This document shows positions 20,651 to 30,893 of a DNA stretch of 64,000 nucleotides, in pieces. The position numbers and the translations under genes were made by a program. The DNA is taken from positions 1,248,001 through 1,312,000 of the forward strand of contig NZ_JAQNDL010000003.1 in NCBI RefSeq assembly GCF_028368995.1, in the 5' to 3' direction. Numbering within the stretch: position 1 is the stretch's first letter; each line of letters starts with the position of its first letter. The stretch is from Nannocystis bainbridge. GTDB taxonomy: Bacteria; Myxococcota_A; Polyangia; Nannocystales; Nannocystaceae. The notes under the pieces were generated by a model. The model did not search any database. It saw only the letters and a list, made by a program, of their open reading frames with translations, and had not been told where the DNA came from.

Positions 20651-23600
20651 TCACTCTCCCGCCGGCTCGACCCGCCGGACCTGCAGCTCGGCCTCTGCCG
20701 GCCGCCCTTCCCACGCCGCGAAGCTCCCGGCGAACGCGGCCCCCGCCGCCTCGATCGCCGCCGCCTCCCCGCCCTCGAGCCCGATCGCCCAGCGCAGCGC
20801 GCCCGCGCCCAGCGGCCGCGGGTACGGCCGCACCCGCGCCCCCGCGTCCTCGAGCGCCAGCAGCAACCACATCACATGTCCTTCGAGCCAGCCGATGCAT
20901 TCGCCGGCCGCCTCGCCCACCCCGATCAGCGTCAGCTCGACGCGCGCCGGATGCTGGGCCGGATCCACCGCGCTGATCAGCGACGGATCGCCCGCGCCGG
21001 CCAGCGCGTGCCCGCGGCGCAGCTCCGCGTGCAGCAGCGCCAGCGTCGAGCGGATCACGTGGCGCGCCGAGTTGAAGGACGGCGGCGTCGGGGTCCAGAT
21101 CGGCCACAGCGGCTTGCGCCCGCCGCTCCGCGGCTCCGGCGGCGCTCCGAACGCGATGGCCGCCCCTGGCGTGCGCGCCGACAGCAGCATGAAGAAATAC
21201 CGCAGCAGCGCCGCCGGCTCCGCCGCCACCTCGGCCTCCCCGGCCGCGCGCAGCGCCCACGCCGTCAGCAGCGCCCACGTATAGCCGCCGAGCAGCCCCC
21301 ACGCCCCGACGTCGAGCTGACGCGCGCGCGCCCACGCCCGCACCCGCGCCAGCGTCTCGCGGAACACCTCGGCCTCGTAGTGCTCGCCCACGAGGGCCAC
21401 CAGCGCGTCGGCATCGATGCAGGCCAGCGCCGCGCGGCGGCTGGCCTCGTCGAGCGTCGCCAGCTCGTCCGCGGCCAGCGACCCCAGCGCTCGCGCCTGC
21501 AGCGGCGGCGGCAAGTCGGCGACCTGCAGATCGACCGCGACCCCCTCGAACCTGCACTTCAGGACAGGCAGCCCCCCGCTCTTGACCGTGCGCACGCCCT
21601 GCAGCTCGCCGGCCGCGGCCAGCCGCTCCGTCAGCGCCGCGAACAGCGGCTCGCGCTCGGCCCCGTCCGAGCCGGCCCACACCAGATCGAGGTCACCGTC
21701 CGGCCGCGCCGCTCCCAGCCGCGCCGAGCCGACCAAATGCAGCTGCGAGCCCGCGTGCACCGCCGCCGTCGCTCGCGCGAACACCCCCGCGACCCGCTCG
21801 TGCGCCGGCGACGGCCAGCGAGCGAACGACGGCAACAGAACCGCCTGTCCCTCAGGACAGCTCGGCACCGTCGCCTTGATCTCGAACGGCCCCTCCTCCC
21901 CGCGGCCGATCAGGTGCACCGCCTCGACCGTGAATTCCAGCGGCCGCCAGCTCGCCTGCCAGCGCGCCATCGCGGCCGCGATCTCCGCCTCGCTGCCCGT
22001 CAGTCTGGCGATCGTCAAATGCGGCGTGAACCCCGGCCCGCGCGACGACTGCTCGTCGCACAGCGGGAACAGCCCCGCCGCGGCCGCCTGCAGCGCCATC
22101 AACGCCCCGGGCGGATCGCTGACCGGCTCGAGCCACACCGTCGTGCTGCCGCGGTGGTCAAACCGGCGCAGCTCCTTCAACACGATCCGCAGCGGCAACA
22201 GCTCGCGCAGCGCCGTCGTCAACGCCTGCGCCGCCGCGGCGAACAGCGCCTCCGGCACGAACCCGTAGATCAAGTTGATGTGCGGCATCCAGCGCCCGTG
22301 GCTCGGGTCGTGGTCCACGCGGATCGCCTCGATCGCCGGCCACGCCGACGCCGGCGGGATCACCACCAGCGCGCTGCGGTGCACCGGCGTCGCCGCGGCC
22401 AGTCGGGCCCGGCGCGCCGCCGCGTCGGCGCCTTCGACCACCTGCAGCAGCGCGCACAGGCCGAAGTGATCCGACACGAACCGCTCCTGTCCCTCGGGAC
22501 CTGTCCCGAACGACCTGTCCCCGAAGATCGTGGCGTCGACCGCCGCCAGCGCCCCGGCCGGCGAGCGCACCAGCGCCCGGTCGAACCGCGCCGCCCGCCC
22601 GGTGCGGCTCGCCAGCGCCGCCAGCGGGTTGGCGACCGGGTCGAACGTGAAGCCCGGGTGATGCGGATGGACCTCGCGCCACACGTCGACGAGGCCCGCG
22701 CGCGCCAGCTGCCGGTCCTCCTCGCCGTCGCCGAAGTTGAGATCGCCGAGCACCAGCGCGTCGTCGACATCGGCCCGGCCGAGCCGCTCGACCAGCACCC
22801 CCAGTTGCTCGGCGCGGCGGTCGTCCGCGTCGGCCTTGCGGTTGCTCGTCAGGTGCACCGCCGCGACCGCCAGCCGTCGCCCCGCCACCTGCAAGCGCCC
22901 GACCACCAGCCGCTTGCGCTCCGAGAACGCGTGCAGCTCGAGCGCCAGCGGCCAGCGCGACAGCAGCACCTGCCCGTACGGCTGCAGCCCCTCCGCGTCT
23001 GGCCCTTCGGACACGTAGTAACCATCGCGCAGCCACGGCGCCGCCAGCAGCGCGGCCCACAGCCCCGGCGTCACCTCCTGCAGCGCGACGATGTCGGCGT
23101 CGCGCTCGCGCAGCAGCTCGAGGCACGCCGGCGTGCGCGCCTCGGTGTACAGCTGCTCGGGCTCGTAGAGGTCGAACAGCACGTTGTAGGTCGCCACCTG
23201 CAGCGCCTCGACCCGGGCCTCGTGCAGCCCGGTCGCCGGCACCGGCAGCCACGCCCCGCTGCGGCGATCGAAGCGGAAGCACGGCCGCGCCACGAACGCC
23301 GCCGGCCCGCCGCGCGCCTTGCCGCGCCGCGTCGGCGGAGCCGCGATCGTCGGCGTCGGCGCGCACGCGCGGGCGATCGCCGGGTGGTCGGCGGCCGGGC
23401 TATCACCTGACCCGAAGACCAGGTCGATGCGCGCCCGGCGATCCCACACCACCAGCTCGCCGGCCTTGATGAAGAAGATCCGGTGCCACGGGATCTCGTT
23501 GTCGCCGGCCAGGAACTCGGCCAGCGGCGCCTCGCGCACCCCCGCGAACCGCTCCTCGTACCCGACCACGAACTGGCGCACGTCGAACGCCGCGTCGAAG

Positions 23601-23662
23601 CGGAGCCGCCCGACCACGTCCTGCACCGGCCGGAGCCCCTGCCTCTCGCGCTGCTTCGCCAT
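20651..23662 (-). CDS. Multidomain RNA end-repair protein: MJ1316 - EEP phosphoesterase - 2H phosphoesterase/2'-5' RNA ligase-like - eukaryote-type poly(A) polymerase
   Basis: MJ1316 (VGYEERF...EIPWHRI...VWDRRARID); EEP (TYNV, LQEV, HLTS, GDLN, FDR, SDH); 2H (PHINL, PHLTI); NTase GSARLG...DGDLD...VDL; PAP central domain VRAWARARQL...GLLGG. Confidence 0.85.
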   Translation of the reverse strand: MAKQRERQGLRPVQDVVGRLRFDAAFDVRQFVVGYEERFAGVREAPLAEFLAGDNEIPWHRIFFIKAGELVVWDRRARIDLVFGSGDSPAADHPAIARACAPTPTIAAPPTRRGKARGGPAAFVARPCFRFDRRSGAWLPVPATGLHEARVEALQVATYNVLFDLYEPEQLYTEARTPACLELLRERDADIVALQEVTPGLWAALLAAPWLRDGYYVSEGPDAEGLQPYGQVLLSRWPLALELHAFSERKRLVVGRLQVAGRRLAVAAVHLTSNRKADADDRRAEQLGVLVERLGRADVDDALVLGDLNFGDGEEDRQLARAGLVDVWREVHPHHPGFTFDPVANPLAALASRTGRAARFDRALVRSPAGALAAVDATIFGDRSFGTGPEGQERFVSDHFGLCALLQVVEGADAAARRARLAAATPVHRSALVVIPPASAWPAIEAIRVDHDPSHGRWMPHINLIYGFVPEALFAAAAQALTTALRELLPLRIVLKELRRFDHRGSTTVWLEPVSDPPGALMALQAAAAGLFPLCDEQSSRGPGFTPHLTIARLTGSEAEIAAAMARWQASWRPLEFTVEAVHLIGRGEEGPFEIKATVPSCPEGQAVLLPSFARWPSPAHERVAGVFARATAAVHAGSQLHLVGSARLGAARPDGDLDLVWAGSDGAEREPLFAALTERLAAAGELQGVRTVKSGGLPVLKCRFEGVAVDLQVADLPPPLQARALGSLAADELATLDEASRRAALACIDADALVALVGEHYEAEVFRETLARVRAWARARQLDVGAWGLLGGYTWALLTAWALRAAGEAEVAAEPAALLRYFFMLLSARTPGAAIAFGAPPEPRSGGRKPLWPIWTPTPPSFNSARHVIRSTLALLHAELRRGHALAGAGDPSLISAVDPAQHPARVELTLIGVGEAAGECIGWLEGHVMWLLLALEDAGARVRPYPRPLGAGALRWAIGLEGGEAAAIEAAGAAFAGSFAAWEGRPAEAELQVRRVEPAGE

Positions 23663-23821
23663 GACGACCTCCCGCGATCGCGGGGTCACGAGGCTAGGCA
23701 GCGCGGCCGGGCGAAGCAAGCGGTTTGCCTCGCGCGCCCGCGCGCCCGCGCCTGCATCTGCGATCCGCCGCGCGCCCTGCCGCGCACCGGCGCCCCCGCC
23801 TGCGGTGTTACCGTCGCCCGC

Positions 23822-25387
23822 ATGCAGCGCCTGCCGATGCTCGCGATCTCTCCTCTCGCCGTCGTCCTCACCAGCGCCACGGCCCACGCCGCCGACGTCC
23901 CGGTGGCCGACGTCGAGGCCTTCCTCGCCGCTGTCGCCGCGGCTCAGCCTGGCGACACCATCGTCCTCGCCGCCGGCGACTACGAGGTCCACCAGAGCAA
24001 GATCGCCTGCAACACCCCCGGCACCGCCGACGCCCCGATCGTCGTGCGCGCCGCCGAGCCCGGCGCCGCCAGGCTGCGCCTCGACTCGCTCGAGGGCTTC
24101 CACGTGCGCGCTCCCTTCTGGAAGTTCGAGGGCCTCGACATCGAGGGCATCTGCGCCGCCGACAGCGACTGCGAGCACGCCTTTCACATCACCGGCGCCG
24201 CCAGCCACACCCACATCGTCGGCAACCGCCTCCACGGTTTCAACGCCATGATCAAGGGCAACGGCGAGCCGATCGGCCCCGACATGGCCTACGAGCACCC
24301 CGACGACGTCGTCGTCGAGTACAACGAATTCTACAACGACGCCCCGCGCGACACCGCCAACCCGGTCACCCCGATCGACGTCGTCGGCGGCCAGCGGTGG
24401 GTCTTGCGCGGCAACTTCATCCACGACCACGCCAAGGGCGGCGGCGACAACATCAGCTACGCCGCCTTCCTCAAGGGCCACGCCAAGGACGGCCTCATCG
24501 AGCGCAACCTCGTCGTGTGCGAGCTGCTCCACAGCGGCCAGGTCCGCCTCGGCCTCTCGCTCGGCGGCGGCGGCTCGGGGCCCGACATGATCTGCGAGGA
24601 CGGCGCCTGCAAGCCCGAGCACGAGCGCGGCATCATCCGCAACAACATCGTCCTCAACTGCCCCGCCGACGTCGGCATCTACATCAACGCCGGCGCCGAC
24701 TCGAAGATTCTGAACAACACCCTCTACAACACCGCCGGCATCGACATGCGCTTCGCCGAGACCACCGGCGTCGTCCACAACAACCTCATGAACGGCAAGA
24801 TCCGCGACCGCGACGGCGCCGTCACCGACAAGCAGAACAACCTCGTCGAGGCCACCCTCGAGCAGTTCGCCGCCTGGTTCGCCGACCCGGCCGCCCAGGA
24901 CTTCACGCTCGTCGACGGCGCCGCGATCGTCGGCCTCGGCCTCGCCGTGCCCGAGGTCACCGACGATTACTGCGGCAACGATCGCAACGACGGCGCGCCC
25001 GACATCGGCGCGATCGAGTACGACGGCGACGGCTGCAACGGCGGCCTCCCGGTCCCCGGCGGCAGCGGCGGCGAGACCTCGACCACCGGCGAATCGACCG
25101 GCGGTGACTCGACCACCGACGATCCCGGCACCCCGACCACCGGTGATTCCGGCGCCCCGACCACCGGTGATTCCAGCGACCCGACCACCGGTGATTCCGG
25201 CGACTCGACCACCACCGATCCGACCGCAGGGACCACCGCCGCGTCGGCCAGCGACACCGCCGGCGACACCGCGCCTGCCACCGACGACGACGGCGGCTGC
25301 GGCTGCCGCAGCGACGCCTCGGCCGGCGGCCCGCTGGCCCTGCTCGCCCTCGCCGGCCTGCTGCGCCGGCGCCGGCGCGCTTCCTGA
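23822..25387 (+). CDS. Chondroitinase-B-like right-handed beta-helix protein with MYXO-CTERM anchor
   Basis: AQPGDTIVLAAGDY, GTADAPIVVRA, Asn-ladder repeats, PDIGAIE; GCGC, TM helix and RRRRR. Confidence 0.8.
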   Translation: MQRLPMLAISPLAVVLTSATAHAADVPVADVEAFLAAVAAAQPGDTIVLAAGDYEVHQSKIACNTPGTADAPIVVRAAEPGAARLRLDSLEGFHVRAPFWKFEGLDIEGICAADSDCEHAFHITGAASHTHIVGNRLHGFNAMIKGNGEPIGPDMAYEHPDDVVVEYNEFYNDAPRDTANPVTPIDVVGGQRWVLRGNFIHDHAKGGGDNISYAAFLKGHAKDGLIERNLVVCELLHSGQVRLGLSLGGGGSGPDMICEDGACKPEHERGIIRNNIVLNCPADVGIYINAGADSKILNNTLYNTAGIDMRFAETTGVVHNNLMNGKIRDRDGAVTDKQNNLVEATLEQFAAWFADPAAQDFTLVDGAAIVGLGLAVPEVTDDYCGNDRNDGAPDIGAIEYDGDGCNGGLPVPGGSGGETSTTGESTGGDSTTDDPGTPTTGDSGAPTTGDSSDPTTGDSGDSTTTDPTAGTTAASASDTAGDTAPATDDDGGCGCRSDASAGGPLALLALAGLLRRRRRAS

Positions 25388-25403
25388 CCACGAGCCCCGG
25401 GAC

Positions 25404-25502
25404 ATTCACCACAGTCGCCCGCGTCTCACGCGGGCTCCCGGGCCGGTCTCGATTCATCACAGTCGCTCGTCCGCGAGCGACGCGAGCATTCATCACAGTC
25501 GC
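25404..25502 (+). repeat. Three direct copies of ATTCAYCACAGTCGC (REP-like)
   Basis: Copies at 25404, 25452, 25488. Confidence 0.75.
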
Positions 25503-25598
25503 CCGCCCGGGCTCGGCGCGGCCCCAGCCGCTCGCTCGCGGCGCATGCATGCAGTCGCCGCACCGTCGAACTCGGTTGCCGCCGATCCGCGACATGCC

Positions 25599-27350
25599 AT
25601 GCTCCTGCGCTCCGCCATGCGCCCCGCACCGCTCCATTCTATTTACCAATCCATCGTCGCGCTCTGCTTCCTCGCGCTGCCGGTCCACGCCCGCGCCGCC
25701 GAGGTAGCGACCGCGATCGGCCCGATCGTCGGTGGCAAGCACGGCATGGTCGTCTCCTCGAGCAACGAGGCCGCGCGGGTCGGCGCCGCGGTCCTCGCCG
25801 ACGGCGGCAACGCCGTCGACGCCGCGATTGCCGTCCAGTTCGCCCTCGGCGTCGCCGAGCCCGGCTACTCCGGCATCGGCGGCGGCGGCTTCATGCTCGT
25901 CTACGAAGCCGCCACCGACGAAGTCACCGTCTTCGACAGCCGCGAGCGCGCCCCTGCCAGCGCCAGGCCAAAAATGTTCCTCAAGAAGAACGGCGAGCCG
26001 ATCGCATTCGCCAAGCGGCGCACGCTCGGCGTCGCTGTCGGTGTCCCTGGCGCGCTCGCCGGCATCGAGGCCGCGCGGCTCGAGTTCGGCACCCGTCCTC
26101 TCGCCGAGCTGATCGCCCCGTCGATCGAGCTCGCCGAGCACGGCGTCATCGTCAGCCGGCTCATGGCCGCCAGCCTGCGCGAGCACGAGGCCGTGCTCGC
26201 CGCCAATCCGGCCGCCAGCGCCCGCTTCTTGCCCGGCGGCGAGCCGCTGGCGATCGGCGACCTGCTGGTTCAGCCCGAGCTCGCCGACACCCTGCGCCTC
26301 ATCGCCGAGGACGGCATCGACGCCTTTTATCGCGGCCCGATCGGCGAGGCCTTCGTCGCCGAGGTCGACGCCGCTGGCGGCGGCATGACGATGGCCGACC
26401 TCAAAAAGTACGCCATCACCCGTGACGAGCCCGTGCGCGGCAATTACGGCGTCTACGAGCTCGTCACCGTCGCCCCGCCCAGCTCCGGCGGCCTCACCGT
26501 CCTGCAGATGCTCGCGCTGCTCGACCGGCTCGACCTCGGCCAGTACCCCGAAGATTCCAGCCTCCGCTACCACGCCGTCTTGAAGGCCATGCACCTCGCC
26601 TTCGCCGATCGCAACGCCTGGCTCGGCGACCCCGAGTTCGTCGACATCCCGCTCGCTGGCTGGCTCGCCCCCAAGTACATCAAGCAGCGCGCCGCCCTCA
26701 TCGACTTCGACGCCGACACCTGCCCCATCCCGCCCGGCGCGCTCGCCGGGGCCGCGCCCGCGCTCGCGCCCCTCGAATTCCTGAACGGCGACCCGCAGAC
26801 CACCCACGTCGACGTCGCCGACCGCTGGGGCAACCTCGTCGCCTTCACCGTCACCATCGAGCAGCACTACGGCACCGGTCGCCTGCTGCCCGGCCACGGC
26901 TTCTTCCTCAACAACGAGCTGACCGACTTCGACCCCCTGCCCGGGCGGCCCAACTCGCCCGCGCCGAACAAGCGCCCGCTCAGCAGCATGGCGCCGACGC
27001 TCGTCCTCCAGGACGGCCAGCCCGCCTACGTCATCGGCTCGCCTGGCGGCCCGCGCATCATCGCCGCCGTCGCCCAAGTCCTGCTCGACCTGCTCGAGTA
27101 CGACCTCGACCTCGAGCACGCGATCGCCCGCCCGCGGGTCTTCGCTGCCGCCTGCGACGACAAGATCCGCTGGGAGGCCGACCTCTCGCCGGCCGTCCGC
27201 AGCGAGCTCGAGCAGCTCGGCCATCGCTTCCGCGACGAACCGCTCGAGGTCGGCGACGTCGGCCTCATCGCCATCGAGGGCGACACCTACGTCGGCGTCG
27301 CCGACCCGCGCCGCGACGGCGTCGCCGTCGGCCTCACCCGCGCCGACTGA
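25599..27350 (+). CDS. ggt: Gamma-glutamyltransferase
   Basis: GGNAVDAAIA, SGIGGGGF, DSRERAP, PPSSGG, TTH catalytic Thr, LNNELTDF, KRPLSSMAP, GSPGG, DPRRDG. Confidence 0.92.
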   Translation: MLLRSAMRPAPLHSIYQSIVALCFLALPVHARAAEVATAIGPIVGGKHGMVVSSSNEAARVGAAVLADGGNAVDAAIAVQFALGVAEPGYSGIGGGGFMLVYEAATDEVTVFDSRERAPASARPKMFLKKNGEPIAFAKRRTLGVAVGVPGALAGIEAARLEFGTRPLAELIAPSIELAEHGVIVSRLMAASLREHEAVLAANPAASARFLPGGEPLAIGDLLVQPELADTLRLIAEDGIDAFYRGPIGEAFVAEVDAAGGGMTMADLKKYAITRDEPVRGNYGVYELVTVAPPSSGGLTVLQMLALLDRLDLGQYPEDSSLRYHAVLKAMHLAFADRNAWLGDPEFVDIPLAGWLAPKYIKQRAALIDFDADTCPIPPGALAGAAPALAPLEFLNGDPQTTHVDVADRWGNLVAFTVTIEQHYGTGRLLPGHGFFLNNELTDFDPLPGRPNSPAPNKRPLSSMAPTLVLQDGQPAYVIGSPGGPRIIAAVAQVLLDLLEYDLDLEHAIARPRVFAAACDDKIRWEADLSPAVRSELEQLGHRFRDEPLEVGDVGLIAIEGDTYVGVADPRRDGVAVGLTRAD

Positions 27351-27665
27351 ATTCATTGTCACCAACGCGGCCAGCGGACGCCGCAGTGTCGTCGACCCTC
27401 CGCCCGCTGCGGCGAGCGCGACCCGGCCCGTGCGCCGCGCGGACCGCGAGCGTCACCACCTGTCCTCAAGTGCATGTCCCGATTCGGCGCCCCGCGGCCG
27501 CGAGCGTGTCGTGCAGGGTGCGGGCCTTCCGACATGCGCGACGGCCGTCGTCGCCGCGGACGGGCGTCCGCGCCGAAAACGCGCCTCATCGATGTGTGGA
27601 CGCGCCGGTCCTGCCAGCGGGTCGCGCCGCGCGAGCGGGCCGGCCCCCGCTGGTAGGATGGTCGC

Positions 27666-29633
27666 ATGTCGATGGCTTCGCTTCGCCCGTTCGTGACTCG
27701 CGCGTCTCTGGTCTTGTCGGCGCTCTCCACCGCCTGCGGCGACAACAGCGGCGTCGCCACCGAGAGCAGCAGCGCCTCCACCACGCTCACCACCCCGACC
27801 AGCGTCACCGACGGCCCCACCACCGACGTCGGCACCGCCTCGATCACCACTGGCACCGGCACCGACACGCTCGGCGGCACCGACAGCGTCAGCGCCACCG
27901 AGTCCCCCACCACCACCGGCACGACCTCCACCTCCACCACCGACGCCACCACCGGCCCCGTCGTCACCACCGGCACCGAGACCGACGTCACCACGATCGA
28001 TCCGAGCCGCGGCACCACCGAGGACACCGACGGCACCTGCATCAAGTGCACCGCCGACCTGCACGGCATCGAGACCTGCAACGGTCAGCCCATCGCCACT
28101 TGCGAGGGCACCGACGGCTGCGACGCCGAGCTCGTCGCCTGCATCAACGCCTGTCAGGCCGCCGAGAACAGCAAACAATCGGTCGGTTGCGAGTACTACG
28201 CCACCTTCATGCAGCACCACGACGGCCCCCAGTCGCGCTGCTTCGCCGCCTTCGTCGCCAACACCTGGAACACCCCTGCCAAGCTCGCCGTCACTCGCCA
28301 GGGCCAGACCCTCGACATCGCCAAGTTTGCGCGGATCCCCAGCGGCATGGGCCCTGGCCTCACCTACGGCCCCTACGACGCCGACGCCGGCCTCGCGCCT
28401 GGCGAGGTCGCCATCCTCTTCCTCGCCGGGCCCAAGGGCGCTCCCATGCAGGGCTCCGCGCCCTGTCCGGTCGACAGCGCCGTCCCGCAGGGCGCCGCCG
28501 TCGCCGGTACTGGCCTCGGGGACAGCTTCCGCATCAGCGCCGACGTCCCCGTCGTCGCCTACCAGATCAACCCCTACGGGGGCGGCAGCGCGGCCGTCAC
28601 CGGCGCCTCGCTGCTCCTGCCGACCAGCGCCTGGGACACCAACTACATCGTCATCAACTCGCTGCAGGCCTCGGTCGGTCAGCCCTCGGCCAACATCGTC
28701 GCTCACAGCGACGGCACCAAGGTCACCATCGAGCCGGTCGTCGCCCTCGCTGGCGGCGGCGGCATCCCGGGCGGCCCTCCCGGCGTCCCGCTCGAGTTCA
28801 CCCTCAACGCTGGCCAGCACGCCCAGCTGACCCAGGGTGCCGAGCTGACCGGCAGCGTCATTCAATCCGACAAACCGATCGGCCTGATGGGCGGCCACAC
28901 CGGCATGCAGGCCCCCGTCGGCACCCCTTATTCCGACCACGCCGAGCAGATGATCCCGCCGATCCGCGCGCTCGGCAGCGAGTACGTCGGCGTCATGCAC
29001 CGCCCGCGCGTCAACGAGCCGGCGATGTGGCGGGTCGTCGGCGCGGTCGACGGCACCGAGCTGACGTGGAGCGGCGACGTCGGCGGGCCGACCAACCTCG
29101 CTCGCGGGCAGAAGGTCGAGTTCGTCACTGCCACCCCGTTCGTGGTCGAGAGCCAGGACGACGAGCACCCCTTCTTCCTCTTCACCTACATGAGCGGCTC
29201 GGGCTGGCAGCCGAACCTCAGCGGCCACGGCGACTCCGACTACGTCATCAGCGTCCCCGTCGACCAGTACTTGCCGCGCTACGTCTTCTTCACCGACCCG
29301 ACCTACCCCGAGACCAACCTCGTGCTCGTGCGCAAGAAGACCGAGGCTGACGTGTTCGAGGACGTCACGCTCGACTGCAGCGGCGTCGTCGGCGGCTGGC
29401 AGCCCGTCGGTGACTACGAGTGGACCCGCGTCGACCTCAGCACCGGTGATTTCCAGCCGGTCGCCGGCTGCTCGACCGGCCGCCACGAGATCACCAGCGA
29501 CGGCCGCTTCGGCATGTGGATCTGGGGCTGGGGCAGCCCGAAGACCACCGTCTTCACCCAGAACGTCTCCTACGGCTACCCCGCCGGCATGAACGTCCAG
29601 CTCATCAACGACGTGATCATCATCCCGCAGTGA
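27666..29633 (+). CDS. Lipoprotein with IgGFc-binding-protein N-terminal domain
   Basis: STAC lipobox, Thr linker, SVGCEYY, VAYQINP...ASLLLPTSAW, DHAEQMIPP, SYGYPAGMN. Confidence 0.8.
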   Translation: MSMASLRPFVTRASLVLSALSTACGDNSGVATESSSASTTLTTPTSVTDGPTTDVGTASITTGTGTDTLGGTDSVSATESPTTTGTTSTSTTDATTGPVVTTGTETDVTTIDPSRGTTEDTDGTCIKCTADLHGIETCNGQPIATCEGTDGCDAELVACINACQAAENSKQSVGCEYYATFMQHHDGPQSRCFAAFVANTWNTPAKLAVTRQGQTLDIAKFARIPSGMGPGLTYGPYDADAGLAPGEVAILFLAGPKGAPMQGSAPCPVDSAVPQGAAVAGTGLGDSFRISADVPVVAYQINPYGGGSAAVTGASLLLPTSAWDTNYIVINSLQASVGQPSANIVAHSDGTKVTIEPVVALAGGGGIPGGPPGVPLEFTLNAGQHAQLTQGAELTGSVIQSDKPIGLMGGHTGMQAPVGTPYSDHAEQMIPPIRALGSEYVGVMHRPRVNEPAMWRVVGAVDGTELTWSGDVGGPTNLARGQKVEFVTATPFVVESQDDEHPFFLFTYMSGSGWQPNLSGHGDSDYVISVPVDQYLPRYVFFTDPTYPETNLVLVRKKTEADVFEDVTLDCSGVVGGWQPVGDYEWTRVDLSTGDFQPVAGCSTGRHEITSDGRFGMWIWGWGSPKTTVFTQNVSYGYPAGMNVQLINDVIIIPQ

Positions 29634-29652
29634 CCCGCGGCGGCCCGGCGAA

Positions 29653-30303
29653 TCACTGCACCACGAGGTCCGCCGGCGAGCGCGGCGCGACCTCGTACGT
29701 GTCCTCGTACTGGAACGCCAGCCCCGTGACCGCCAGCGTCTGCCCCGGCACGATCGCCTGCAGCGCCGCCGCGTCGAAGCCGGCCGACACGTGCACGAAG
29801 ATCTGGATCTGCCCCGAGCCGTCGTCGACCCACAGCTTGTAGCCGTACGGCGAGTCGTCGACGAAGCCCTGCGTCACCGCGCCGGTGACCTTCACCAGCC
29901 GGCCCTCGACCTCCTCGTCGACGTCCGCGGTGGCGACCGCCTCCGGCGCGACTGCCATCGCCTCGCCGAGCGCCGCCACCCCGGCCGGCTCGGCCGTCAC
30001 CACCCGCATCTTCGCCATCTGCCCGAGCACCCCGGTCACCTCCACGCGGTCACCCAGCGCCAGCGTCGCGGCCTCGTCCATCTTCACGTAGATGCCCGCG
30101 CCGCCGTCGGCGATGGCGAAGCCGTGCTCGAAGGTCGCCGACGTGAAGGTCCCCGGCGCCACCGACACATGGCCCTTGACCGTCACCTCGCTGCCGTCGG
30201 CCTGTTCGCGCGCCGCGGCGATCGAGAGGTCCGGTTCGGCCGGCTCGCGGCAGGAGATCAGACAGACAGCGGCGAGCGTGGAGCGGAGCGCGAGGCGGAG
30301 CAT
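29653..30303 (-). CDS. Lipoprotein with two extracellular OB-fold domains
   Basis: LISC lipobox; SIAAAR...VTVKG.V...IADGGAGIYV...GDRVEVTG; EGRLVKVTG...VDDGSG...VTGL...YEVAPRSPADL. Confidence 0.75.
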   Translation of the reverse strand: MLRLALRSTLAAVCLISCREPAEPDLSIAAAREQADGSEVTVKGHVSVAPGTFTSATFEHGFAIADGGAGIYVKMDEAATLALGDRVEVTGVLGQMAKMRVVTAEPAGVAALGEAMAVAPEAVATADVDEEVEGRLVKVTGAVTQGFVDDSPYGYKLWVDDGSGQIQIFVHVSAGFDAAALQAIVPGQTLAVTGLAFQYEDTYEVAPRSPADLVVQ

Positions 30304-30413
30304 CAACCGATTGTACGCCGACGCCGGCGTCCGAGCGAGCTCGACAGTCAACGGCGGCCCCCCTGCGCGCTCGCGCCCACCGGGCTCCACGGGAGCGAAC
30401 GCCGGATTTCGCC

Positions 30414-30489
30414 ACATGGCCTCCAGAGCATGTTCTTCATAACATGCTCTTATCGACATGCCCTTACGGGCATGTCCGAACGTGCATGT
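30414..30489. repeat. Six CATG-core hexamers at exact 14-bp period
   Basis: ACATGG 30414, GCATGT 30428, ACATGC 30442, ACATGC 30456, GCATGT 30470, GCATGT 30484. Confidence 0.9.
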
Positions 30490-30506
30490 CCTGCGGCGGC
30501 GCGCGA

Positions 30507-30893
30507 CTACTTCCGCCGGGTGCTGCGCACGGCCATGAAGGCGAACACCAGGAACGCCAGCGCCCCGCCGCCGATGTACGGATAGGTGTTCGCCTCGCTC
30601 GCGCGCAACATCCGGAGCGTGCCCGTGCCGCTCTCCAGCGTCGACATCGCGCGCCTGTACTGCTCGCGGTCCTCCGGCAGCACGTTGCCTTGCGGGTCGT
30701 ACCGCACCTGAGCGAGCGTGGCGTCCGCGGCCTCGAGCCGTTCGGCCGTCTCGGCCCTCGTGCCCTGGAACTTGCGATAGTCGCTGATGCCGGCGCCGGC
30801 GACGAGCAGCGCGACGAGCGCGAGGAACCCGGCGGCGAAGGTGGTCGAGTTGAAGGAGCGGCGAGCTGGGGTCGAGGTCATCTCGTGGGACAA
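30507..30893 (-). CDS. Hypothetical 2-TM membrane protein
   Basis: N- and C-terminal hydrophobic helices, GC3-biased codons. Confidence 0.6.
   Translation of the reverse strand: MSHEMTSTPARRSFNSTTFAAGFLALVALLVAGAGISDYRKFQGTRAETAERLEAADATLAQVRYDPQGNVLPEDREQYRRAMSTLESGTGTLRMLRASEANTYPYIGGGALAFLVFAFMAVRSTRRK

Noticed and set aside
23663-25405. N-terminal 581 aa of the 1584-aa ORF
   Set aside because: Antisense shadow of the beta-helix gene on the + strand; the real protein starts at MAKQRERQ (23662).
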